Positions 56,763 through 64,000 of a DNA stretch of 64,000 nucleotides are shown here, one piece after another. The notes beneath the pieces are model-generated. The model was given only the letters and a program-made list of their open reading frames with translations. It had not been told where the DNA came from and did no database searches. The position numbers were made by a program, and so were the translations under genes. Location of the stretch: the IMG/VR virus record IMGVR_UViG_3300034170_000057; one strand, 5' to 3'. The stretch comes from a virus (lineage: Duplodnaviria > Caudoviricetes). Position 1 is the stretch's first letter, and every line of letters begins with the position of its first letter.

Positions 56763-56786
56763 GGGCCAAGGACGGCCCTTTTGTTT
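56763..56786 (+). terminator. terminator hairpin GGGCC-AAGGAC-GGCCC with ANGGAN loop
   Basis: Followed by TTTTGTTT. Confidence 0.7.
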
Positions 56787-56794
56787 GGTGACTT

Positions 56795-57229
56795 ATGATC
56801 GAAGTAATTATCGACAACGCAAATTCTGATTGTACCCATCGCGAGTTCTGCGCATTTTTCATGGAACACACTTTTGACTGGGTGCATGCCCCCAAGCATC
56901 TGCGTAATGATGAAATGTCCGACTTGCTTTTGATGGCTGCACATCGGATAAAAGAACCAACCCGAATTTCCGCAATCCTCCGGCACACGTGCAGTCGCCG
57001 GGAGTATTTGAACAACTGGCACTACCTACGCGATCACTGCTACACGAAACTGCTGAATACCGAAGGGCAGTATCGAGCGTCACGTGTTTTAGTGGGCCTT
57101 TTTGGAGAAGTGAACAATGTCGTCGCCGGATCGAAACGGAAACTTGTACCCTACTATGCAGGCCCTCGGTTCTATGCAAGGATACCGAGTGGTTTCCGAT
57201 CCAACGATGCTGAAAATAAAGTTTCGTAA
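56795..57229 (+). CDS. hypothetical protein
   Basis: 144-aa ORF. Confidence 0.5.
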   Translation: MIEVIIDNANSDCTHREFCAFFMEHTFDWVHAPKHLRNDEMSDLLLMAAHRIKEPTRISAILRHTCSRREYLNNWHYLRDHCYTKLLNTEGQYRASRVLVGLFGEVNNVVAGSKRKLVPYYAGPRFYARIPSGFRSNDAENKVS

Positions 57230-57425
57230 AGAAGAGCGTAAATGGTCGCACCGCAAACGCTGGAAACCCGAACGTCGCTTCAATTTTATTCCGTACCAAG
57301 TGCCCTCTGATGAAATCCTTATCTTGGGCAATAACCTCGTGGCGCATCCGGCGCAGGTTCAACGCATCAAGGATGCAATCGACAAACAAAGCCACACCAA
57401 TTATTCCATAGGGATGCAATTATGA
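57207..57425 (+). CDS. small basic hypothetical protein
   Basis: In-frame ATG 57207 minimises overlap with the previous gene. Confidence 0.45.
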   Translation: MLKIKFRKEERKWSHRKRWKPERRFNFIPYQVPSDEILILGNNLVAHPAQVQRIKDAIDKQSHTNYSIGMQL

Positions 57426-57721
57426 TCGTTGGTAAATTTATCCTGCAATCTGTTGACCGCCAAGTAGTGAAAATCCCACTGCCCGCAAAAATTCTTTCTG
57501 TGATCGAACAGCATGGTGAAATCGTGATGTACGCACTCATGTGTAAAGACGCGCCCACCGTACCAAAGACCATCGACATTTACGGCACCGGGCACGACGT
57601 GCGCGACAAACGTACTGATTTCTGCGACGGCCTTTCTGAGCCGGGTATTTTCATCGGTACTGTTAGCACCGAAAACGGTAGCCTGATTTGGCACGTATTC
57701 GACGGTAGCGACTGCAAATAA
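57422..57721 (+). CDS. conserved small phage protein
   Basis: P..AKILSV..Q.G....YAL...IYGTGH...FIGTV....LIWHVF pattern common in phages. Confidence 0.65.
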   Translation: MIVGKFILQSVDRQVVKIPLPAKILSVIEQHGEIVMYALMCKDAPTVPKTIDIYGTGHDVRDKRTDFCDGLSEPGIFIGTVSTENGSLIWHVFDGSDCK

Positions 57722-57737
57722 AAGAAGGTTAAAGACA

Positions 57738-58178
57738 GTGATCCGCAAGCTGAAATGCAAGGTGTATACGTTTTCACAATCGTGCGTAGGATTTTTCAAA
57801 GAGCCGGGCGTGCCTTCTGATCGTGGCAATTATTTCAGCGTCATTTTGCAAGATGACAAAGACGACATGGAAGGTATGCTCATTGGCGATAAAATCCGGA
57901 AAATCGACGAAGGAAAACTGCGCTATAACGTGGTGAACATGTGGGCGGAAAACTACAAGGAAGCCGCTAAAGACCTCGGCCCGTTGGACGTGATCACAAT
58001 CCAATGCCCAACGACCGGCGCACGTGTCATTCTGATTGTCGATGAACGCATTCCTGACTCGTACAAAATGAAAAATCTTTTTCGTTCGTACAACACGCCA
58101 TGGAGCCCCGAGTTTATCGCGCTTGTGGAATCCGCATCCGATTTGAAGTTTTACCGAAAAGAAGACGGGAGTATTTGA
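57738..58178 (+). CDS. hypothetical protein
   Basis: GTG start after GAAGG. Confidence 0.6.
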   Translation: MIRKLKCKVYTFSQSCVGFFKEPGVPSDRGNYFSVILQDDKDDMEGMLIGDKIRKIDEGKLRYNVVNMWAENYKEAAKDLGPLDVITIQCPTTGARVILIVDERIPDSYKMKNLFRSYNTPWSPEFIALVESASDLKFYRKEDGSI

Positions 58179-58687
58179 TGTTCAGTCGAGTTCTGTACAA
58201 AGACGGGAGTTATATTCCGCAAGCGCGTCCGATGCTGTGGCCGCGTTGGCACAATATTTCCGACCCGATTTTCGAGGAAGAATACGAAAAACTGGATTGC
58301 TACAATAGCGATCTTGATCCGGAAGACGTGGCCGTAGATTGCGCAAAACGTTTCGCCGGAAACAACCGTGAATATCATGGCGTTGTTCGCTACATGCCCA
58401 TGCTGGCGCGTTGGATGAAAGTTTTCCAAGGCCCCACGGGAATGCAGGGCGCGATGGGTGCGCGTGGTGACAGGGGTGAACCGGGACGTGACGGAAAGGC
58501 GCGCAGTGTTCACGATTTGCAATGTCCACACTGCAATCAGTTTCTTAGCGACGAACCTTCACAAGGCCTGTTGCTGGAAGCAATCGGTGACGGAAAATTT
58601 AAGTTCGATTGCGCGAAATGCGAAAGCTCTTCGGAATGGTTTAACTTGAGCGGCACGCTCATGTCTGTGCTATCAATCAAGCGTTAA
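58178..58687 (+). CDS. protein with short collagen-like (Gly-X-Y)8 segment and C-terminal zinc ribbon
   Basis: TGATG coupling; GPTGMQGAMGARGDRGEPGRDGKA; CPHC...CAKC. Confidence 0.65.
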   Translation: MFSRVLYKDGSYIPQARPMLWPRWHNISDPIFEEEYEKLDCYNSDLDPEDVAVDCAKRFAGNNREYHGVVRYMPMLARWMKVFQGPTGMQGAMGARGDRGEPGRDGKARSVHDLQCPHCNQFLSDEPSQGLLLEAIGDGKFKFDCAKCESSSEWFNLSGTLMSVLSIKR

Positions 58688-58697
58688 AAAATCGTCG

Positions 58698-58704
58698 TAA
58701 TTTA
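58698..58704 (+). promoter_or_regulatory. putative late promoter motif TAATTTA
   Basis: Intergenic, 31 nt before the endolysin ATG. Confidence 0.5.
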
Positions 58705-58735
58705 GTTATAGAACCCAACCAAAAGGAAAGTCTTT

Positions 58736-59344
58736 ATGACTGATGCACGACGTGAGATTACTGGCGATATCGCTGGTAAATATGAATCCGGTGGCCGTGG
58801 CGTTGCAACCGTTTCCACTGGCAAAGGCGACAACGGTGGTGTGAGCTACGGCAAACACCAACTGGCTTCAAACAATGGTTCCATGGCGAAATATCTCGCT
58901 TCGCAATTCGGTGCGCCGTACCGCGCTGCGTTTGGCGACCTACAACCGGGCACCAAAGAATTCACCGCCGTTTACAACAAAATCGCAGCGGAAAAACCGC
59001 TCGAATTCGGCACCAATCAATTCCTGTACATCGCAGCAACGCACTACGAACCACAAGTCGTGAAACTGAAAGCCAATTACATCGACGTGTTTCCGCGTCA
59101 TGTGGCGGTGCGCGAATGTGTGCTGAGCGTTTCCATTCAGTACGGACCTAATACCAGCTTTATCATCAAAGCTCTCGGCCCGAACTTCAAAGGCACCGAC
59201 AAAGAGTTCATCGAAAAGGTTCAGAACTATCGCGGTGCATCTGTCGCTGTCTATTTCAAATCCAGCAGCGTGAAAACTCAAGCCAGCGTTGCACAGCGTT
59301 CGAAAGACGAACTGAAAGATTTGCTGGCACTACTCAACACGTAA
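58736..59344 (+). CDS. putative endolysin, VgrG3-C-terminal-like muramidase
   Basis: KYESGGRGVATVSTGKGDNGGVSYGKHQL, SVSIQYGP; stand-alone 202 aa; SD AAGGA; late-type motif upstream. Confidence 0.75.
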   Translation: MTDARREITGDIAGKYESGGRGVATVSTGKGDNGGVSYGKHQLASNNGSMAKYLASQFGAPYRAAFGDLQPGTKEFTAVYNKIAAEKPLEFGTNQFLYIAATHYEPQVVKLKANYIDVFPRHVAVRECVLSVSIQYGPNTSFIIKALGPNFKGTDKEFIEKVQNYRGASVAVYFKSSSVKTQASVAQRSKDELKDLLALLNT

Positions 59345-59353
59345 GGAAAAACC

Positions 59354-59779
59354 ATGCAGGACACGACCGAACAAACTCCAGTCGAATCGGCATTCGAATT
59401 CCATTACAAACTCGGCAATCGTTCGTTTCGATTCAACTGCGACGACATTGTGGCGCTTCGCGCTTCGCTGAAATACACCGAGGTTGTTTTGCGTAATTCT
59501 CCGATCATTCCGATTTGGAATGAGTCGCTGAAAACACTGATGAGCGACGAACGATTCAAACATGATTTCGTTTACGTGCATCGGGCTACGTTGGTTCGTA
59601 TGGCTGACATTTTCAGCGTTGATCGTGAGCCTGCATCATCCTCCAATTACTCTATCGTGCTGGACGCCACGGATGGGCAGCCCGCCAGCCCGCGTTACAG
59701 CTTCGTGATATCGCGTCGTTACTACGGCCCTATGCGGCGCACTGTGGCGGCCCGCAATGCCTTGACAGCCCCGGCCTAG
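59354..59779 (+). CDS. hypothetical protein
   Basis: SD AAGGA, 141 aa. Confidence 0.6.
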   Translation: MQDTTEQTPVESAFEFHYKLGNRSFRFNCDDIVALRASLKYTEVVLRNSPIIPIWNESLKTLMSDERFKHDFVYVHRATLVRMADIFSVDREPASSSNYSIVLDATDGQPASPRYSFVISRRYYGPMRRTVAARNALTAPA

Positions 59780-59808
59780 AGGCCCATACTTCCCACCGTG
59801 GCACCACT

Positions 59809-60222
59809 GTGTCCGGATATTTTACACTCACAAAATATGGGAAGTTTCTAATGGATGCCGATAGCACCGTTGCACAACGCGATAACGTTCTGCTTTGCTA
59901 CGAATTGATTCCTGAAGAGGTTTCGTTCTATTTCATTCCCTCTATTTCTGACGTGCCATTGCCGTTGCTGCATGCGCTTATCAGACTTGAGGGCGTGTAT
60001 GTAAATCACCTTACGAAAAGCCCCGATAGCGAACGCGCTGATAAAGATGCGGCTTACTTGTCGGCGGCACTTTGCGCGCAACGTGAGCATCTAGACGACA
60101 ACGACCAGCACCAACAAAACCGTTTCTTCGGTGCGCTGGTGAAATACAAGGTCGATACGCCGTCGTTTAGCTTCGAATCGGGTGGAACCGTCCACCTGAT
60201 CCGCACCGGTTTTTTGATGTAG
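59809..60222 (+). CDS. hypothetical protein
   Basis: GTG start, 137 aa; alternative ATG 59851. Confidence 0.5.
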   Translation: MSGYFTLTKYGKFLMDADSTVAQRDNVLLCYELIPEEVSFYFIPSISDVPLPLLHALIRLEGVYVNHLTKSPDSERADKDAAYLSAALCAQREHLDDNDQHQQNRFFGALVKYKVDTPSFSFESGGTVHLIRTGFLM

Positions 60223-60226
60223 ACAA

Positions 60227-60238
60227 AAACTGTAAATA
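60227..60238 (+). promoter_or_regulatory. promoter motif AWACTGTAAATA
   Basis: Intergenic, ~90 nt before ATG 60328. Confidence 0.65.
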
Positions 60239-60327
60239 ATACAGAGCAATAAACACTAGGCGTTGGCTATCGCTGACCAGCATGGCGCCCGGTGCATTCC
60301 TATAGGTTGGCACAAGGAAATAAAACG

Positions 60328-60768
60328 ATGGCTAAGTACGATCCTGCTGACACTGCGAAAGTTGAAACCCAAGTTCTCGCAATGGTGGAAGCTGCAAAGA
60401 TTGCCGGTAAGACAACGATCTTTTTCGATACCCGTGCGATGTTTAGCGCGATGAAATTTTCCAAGCTGACGCGTAACCAGTTCGGGGAACAACTCTGCGA
60501 TCAACTGACGGGTTCCACTTTCCACAAGAAGTATGGCGATTGGGTTGCGTGTGAGTACGAATGCGAAGTTTGGGTTATGACTCGTTTGGCTGCCCCCGGT
60601 GCTTTGCTTTCGATTAACGACGAAGGTCGTAACCTGTTCTACAACACGAACACGCGCAACAAGGTCAAAGCAAAGAAACAAATGGTTAGCGTGGAAATCC
60701 CTGCTGATGCTGATCCGGTGAAAGCCGCCGCGCTTATGCAGGAACTGTTCGCCAACCACCAGCAGTAA
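60328..60768 (+). CDS. hypothetical protein
   Basis: SD AAGGA; strongly biased codons. Confidence 0.65.
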   Translation: MAKYDPADTAKVETQVLAMVEAAKIAGKTTIFFDTRAMFSAMKFSKLTRNQFGEQLCDQLTGSTFHKKYGDWVACEYECEVWVMTRLAAPGALLSINDEGRNLFYNTNTRNKVKAKKQMVSVEIPADADPVKAAALMQELFANHQQ

Positions 60769-60782
60769 CTGCTGGAAGGCAC

Positions 60783-60814
60783 GCCCCGCCTAGATATTAG
60801 TGTGGGGCTTTTTT
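60783..60814 (+). terminator. rho-independent terminator
   Basis: GCCCCGC...GTGGGGC followed by TTTTTT. Confidence 0.7.
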
Positions 60815-60841
60815 ATGCCTAACCAAAATGGATTTCCACGC

Positions 60842-61357
60842 ATGAAACTGACAGGCCGTAAAATTCAAATCTGGCGCCAACGCCTGAATATCAAACAGAC
60901 TGACCTTGCCGATTATGTCGGCATTCCTCAAACGGATTTGCAGCGGATCGAAAATAAACAGCACGTGGAGCATACCGACGAAATTCTCACGCTGCTATGC
61001 GCTGCAATGACCTACTTCGACAGAACGTCGATGGCGGATATCGTGGTGGATGCCGTGAAACGAAATGTCAGCACGCACGGATTTGTCGCGGGTTTGCAAA
61101 CGCTGACAGATACCGACACGACGACAGAATTCTACGTGACGAAAATCCGGCAGGCGAAATCACACATGCGCATTGCGGACACTCTGCGTTTCCGTAAAAA
61201 TGCGCTGGCTGGAGAAAAGCGGTACACCCTGCTTTTCGATAAAGGGCGCGACATGGAATTGTGGGGCAACGCGTTTACGATTGCTGCCCACTACGAAAAA
61301 TACTACGGCGACCGGAAAGTAGTACGCATTATTTCGACCGAGGTAGCCCCTGCATGA
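60842..61357 (+). CDS. XRE-family helix-turn-helix protein
   Basis: IQIWRQRLNIKQTDLADYVGIPQTDLQRIEN; alternative start 60815. Confidence 0.75.
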   Translation: MKLTGRKIQIWRQRLNIKQTDLADYVGIPQTDLQRIENKQHVEHTDEILTLLCAAMTYFDRTSMADIVVDAVKRNVSTHGFVAGLQTLTDTDTTTEFYVTKIRQAKSHMRIADTLRFRKNALAGEKRYTLLFDKGRDMELWGNAFTIAAHYEKYYGDRKVVRIISTEVAPA

Positions 61358-61361
61358 GCGA

Positions 61362-61862
61362 ATGCGCGTGAACCTGTTCATCACTCATAGTTCCCAAACT
61401 TTATGTGCGCGTGCCCACTGCGACGTGCATCTAAATAAAATGATGGTCGAGTGCGCGCAGTTACTTTCTACTGCGCACCATGCCACAACCGGGGAGCAGG
61501 TCGGATACAAACCAACGCACAAAAATCACCCGTGTGCAATTTGGGTCCGGGAGTCCGCAGCGAATTATCGGTGGGCGTTCATTTTCTTCTGCGCGCTGCA
61601 TACCGAATATGAATACAGGACGGGCAAGGTTCAGAAATCGGCGCGGTACAAAAAAGTCCTGCGCTGTGTTCCGCCACTTCCTGAAATCGGACTGACTCCA
61701 TTTGCGCAAGCGGTGGACGATGAACACCGGCACCCAAACACCCACATTGCATATAGGCGCCACATTCGCGCAAAGCTAATAGAGTGGCCTACCCGTGACA
61801 GACCAGTGCGCACCACGTACACCCGGCGCCCCGCACCATGCTTTCTAACCGATTCCCCTTAG
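61362..61862 (+). CDS. pyrimidine dimer DNA glycosylase/endonuclease V-like protein
   Basis: NLF....CARAHCDVHLNKM.VE.AQLLSTAH, YKPTH.NHPC..W.RES..NY, EY..R.GK. Confidence 0.75.
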   Translation: MRVNLFITHSSQTLCARAHCDVHLNKMMVECAQLLSTAHHATTGEQVGYKPTHKNHPCAIWVRESAANYRWAFIFFCALHTEYEYRTGKVQKSARYKKVLRCVPPLPEIGLTPFAQAVDDEHRHPNTHIAYRRHIRAKLIEWPTRDRPVRTTYTRRPAPCFLTDSP

Positions 61863-61885
61863 CCCGCCCCGTGCGGGCTTTGTCG
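61861..61885 (+). terminator. hairpin element copy 1 (AGCCCGC-cccgt-GCGGGCT-TTGTCG)
   Basis: Immediately after a stop codon. Confidence 0.55.
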
Positions 61886-61924
61886 TTTCTGGTTCCCGCG
61901 TTCATTGGGTCAAACAGAAAGCGT

Positions 61925-61953
61925 TTGACGTTCTACAGGCCCTTTGATACCTT
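61925..61953 (+). promoter_or_regulatory. possible host sigma70-type promoter
   Basis: TTGACG-17 nt-TACCTT with TGn extended -10, in a 150-nt intergenic gap. Confidence 0.35.
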
Positions 61954-62016
61954 TGGGGCCTCAACGGACTTCTGCTGTCCGCTATTCTTGCACTCACACT
62001 ATATGGGAAGTTAGAC

Positions 62017-62187
62017 ATGACCATCCGCATTGGCAATTTCAAAACCTCGAAACACACCTACGAAGCTGGCGTCGAGAAAGACGGCGTGCGCTCCACGATC
62101 ACCATTGATGCGAACACGCGCACCATTGCCGGAAAGCTGGCCCGTGAAAACGGCTACACCGTCCGCGATATGAATATGGTGGGCTGA
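62017..62187 (+). CDS. small hypothetical protein (56 aa)
   Basis: Read manually: MTIRIGNFKTSKHTYEAGVEKDG...; SD GGGAAG; absent from the ORF track. Confidence 0.55.
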   Translation: MTIRIGNFKTSKHTYEAGVEKDGVRSTITIDANTRTIAGKLARENGYTVRDMNMVG

Positions 62188-62190
62188 TCC

Positions 62191-62472
62191 ATGGCTAAGC
62201 CTAATGCGATTCCGCAATTCTACTGGGGCGACGACGCAGTAATTGTACCGGGCACCCGTGTACGAATTGTGAGCCGCCACGGATCAACCGGAAACGGCAC
62301 GGTGACGGAAATCCTCTATTGGGATAACTGCCCGCCGACAATCTGTCTGGAAATGGACGCCGACGCGGTTTATTCAGAACGCGTGCAATCCGGATGGGGG
62401 CCAGACGAACAACGCATTGCCGACATTGGTGTTTTCGGCGGCGAGATAAAAGAAGTGCTAGCCAAGCATTAA
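62191..62472 (+). CDS. hypothetical protein (SH3/KOW-like beta strands)
   Basis: VPGTRVRIVS....G.G.VTEI pattern. Confidence 0.55.
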   Translation: MAKPNAIPQFYWGDDAVIVPGTRVRIVSRHGSTGNGTVTEILYWDNCPPTICLEMDADAVYSERVQSGWGPDEQRIADIGVFGGEIKEVLAKH

Positions 62473-62478
62473 CCAACT

Positions 62479-62503
62479 ACCCCGCCCTGTGCGGGGTTTG
62501 TCG
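62479..62503 (+). terminator. hairpin element copy 2 (ACCCCGC-cctgt-GCGGGGT-TTGTCG)
   Basis: 6 nt after a stop codon. Confidence 0.55.
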
Positions 62504-62541
62504 GTAGTAAACCAAATCGCCCTTTATCAAGGACTGCAAAA

Positions 62542-63024
62542 ATGACCGCAACCAAACGCGTTACCACCGCCGCCATTATGAAAGCCATCGGCTGCGACCA
62601 CCTGAATCTGCATAAAGGTGCTGGCTACTTTTATTTCACCTACGACAATCAGCCGCTGGGCATTTACGAAACCGAAAACGTTATGGTCTGCGCACTCAAC
62701 CATTTGCCACTGGAGCGCTGGATTGCAGAGGGCCGTGACTTCGTAAAGAAAATGGAACCTGCGCCGCGCCATCCGGGTTTCGACCTGATTGACAAATTGC
62801 GGACGTGTCGTGAAGTGCTGAGCCGCAGGCCGAGCGGCGAATATATCCACAAGCACGAAATGCAAGAATTGTGGGACCGTGAACAGGAAATTTTGTGCGG
62901 CATGGAAGCGGAACGGCGTGCCGAGTTTTATTTGGAATGGATTAAAACCAACCGGTTCGACCGCAACGAAATGCCTGCTGCTTTTTACGCGGCTGAAAAA
63001 GCAAACGGTTTGGGGAAATACTGA
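62542..63024 (+). CDS. hypothetical protein
   Basis: SD AAGGA, 160 aa. Confidence 0.65.
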   Translation: MTATKRVTTAAIMKAIGCDHLNLHKGAGYFYFTYDNQPLGIYETENVMVCALNHLPLERWIAEGRDFVKKMEPAPRHPGFDLIDKLRTCREVLSRRPSGEYIHKHEMQELWDREQEILCGMEAERRAEFYLEWIKTNRFDRNEMPAAFYAAEKANGLGKY

Positions 63025-63025
63025 A

Positions 63026-63286
63026 ATGTGCAACGTACCAGAAGATGAATTTTGTGCAGCCTGTGCCGATGTTGCGCCGACTGATCCGTATTACGGCCAG
63101 TGCTTGGCGTGCGGGAACTTAGATCCCCGTGGCGCACCTGCAAAGGCTGCTGCCTACGTGCTGGAACTGGAAGGCCTGCTGCAAGATGCTATTGCGCAGT
63201 GCTACACCAAAAACAAACCTATGCAAGATCCTTTGCATATTCGTATTACGCAGGCGCTGACCCGCGACCGTGGACAAGGTAATTAA
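63026..63286 (+). CDS. small CxxC-containing protein
   Basis: ATG right after the previous stop; CAAC and CLAC. Confidence 0.55.
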   Translation: MCNVPEDEFCAACADVAPTDPYYGQCLACGNLDPRGAPAKAAAYVLELEGLLQDAIAQCYTKNKPMQDPLHIRITQALTRDRGQGN

Positions 63287-63288
63287 TC

Positions 63289-63741
63289 ATGACGCCGAAT
63301 GACGTTGCGAAAGTGAATCGCCGCCTGAAACCCAGCAACATGAAAATTCGCCGTTACGGTAGCGGCCACGCACTGTTCGATATTACCGGCACGCATCCGG
63401 AATTCATGGATTTCCTTTCCGTGCCAGATATGACGCTTTCGACGGTCGAGGAACTGGCTGCACTCTGCCGGTTGAAAGATACCCGCGCCCCTGCGCAGGA
63501 AACCCCGCCTGTCAAAAAGAAAGGCGTAGCGCGGGAGAAAGTGCCTCGTGATGTGCGCGGCGTTGAAATCGGAATCGGTGATTTGGTTTCCTATGCGATT
63601 GACTCGCGCCTGTACTGCAATCATGTGGTACGGATTACGCCTGCATTTGTTTGGATGGGTTGCGATCCGGACAAGCGCAATCTAACAGGTAACGCCCGAC
63701 GCGAACCCAACCGCGTTGTGGTAATCGAGAAAGCCAAATGA
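63289..63741 (+). CDS. hypothetical protein
   Basis: 150 aa; C-terminal D.RG.EI.IGD.V motif (YorP/KOW-like). Confidence 0.6.
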   Translation: MTPNDVAKVNRRLKPSNMKIRRYGSGHALFDITGTHPEFMDFLSVPDMTLSTVEELAALCRLKDTRAPAQETPPVKKKGVAREKVPRDVRGVEIGIGDLVSYAIDSRLYCNHVVRITPAFVWMGCDPDKRNLTGNARREPNRVVVIEKAK

Positions 63742-63941
63742 TTAAATTTATTCGCTGGCTTCTTGGTTTGTGCGTTCATGATTTCCGCGTGGTGGGAATC
63801 GAGGATGTGAAATGGCGTTCTGATCAACACAACCGACTTATCGACACTGATATGGCGCACGCTGGTGTAATCCACCACCGCAACTATACGATCCACTGCA
63901 CGAAATGCCCGTGCGTGAAAGTGAAACGAATTAAAATCTGA
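63738..63941 (+). CDS. small hypothetical protein
   Basis: ATGA overlap; C.HDF...CTKC pattern. Confidence 0.55.
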   Translation: MIKFIRWLLGLCVHDFRVVGIEDVKWRSDQHNRLIDTDMAHAGVIHHRNYTIHCTKCPCVKVKRIKI

Positions 63942-64000
63942 GGGCCAGACCATGCAACAATCCAACCTGCTTTCCAACGTGCCAAAAATCAAAGCGCTGT

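Noticed and set aside
1-64000. tRNA, rRNA, introns, inteins, IS elements
   Set aside because: No cloverleaf or T-loop context, no gap large enough for structured RNA genes, no intein-terminal motifs in polymerase, helicase or ligase, and no transposase or homing endonuclease motifs seen

Overview
A 64 kb segment of a jumbo contractile-tailed phage (myovirus). Coding is dense and entirely on the + strand. I found no tRNA, rRNA, CRISPR array or IS element. Order: (1) replication module, 1.2-12.3 kb: UDG-like/exonuclease/family-A DNA polymerase, beta-clamp-like protein, SF2 helicase, degenerate DnaC/IstB-like protein, J-domain protein; (2) tail-sheath paralogue 1 with fibre and Ig-repeat genes, 12.4-18.8 kb; (3) NAD-dependent ligase and GT2-TPR glycosyltransferase; (4) head genes: prohead protease, acidic scaffold-like protein, decoration protein, major capsid protein; (5) tail/baseplate operon: sheath paralogue 2, tube, tube initiator, two gp26-like paralogues, tape-measure-like protein with two peptidoglycan hydrolase domains, gp48-, gp53- and gp27-like proteins; (6) dCTP deaminase and an accessory region of small genes with an endolysin, an HTH regulator and a pyrimidine-dimer glycosylase-like protein. 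From memory the gene set resembles the 'hairy' jumbo myoviruses (Erwinia Y3, Dickeya JA11/AD1, Pseudomonas Lu11/PaBG, Ralstonia RSL1); this is inference and no search was run. Best unexplained signals: a -1 ribosomal frameshift cassette (A AAA AAG plus hairpin, 47518-47571) that would add a 267-aa propeller-like extension to a virion protein; two phage-specific promoter-like motifs; three hairpins with CsrA/RsmA-type ANGGAN loops; a candidate sRNA; a 39-bp direct repeat bracketing a peptidase domain; and a shared N-terminal I-x-L-A / A-x-A-S motif in head proteins. Protein family calls come from motif recognition by eye.
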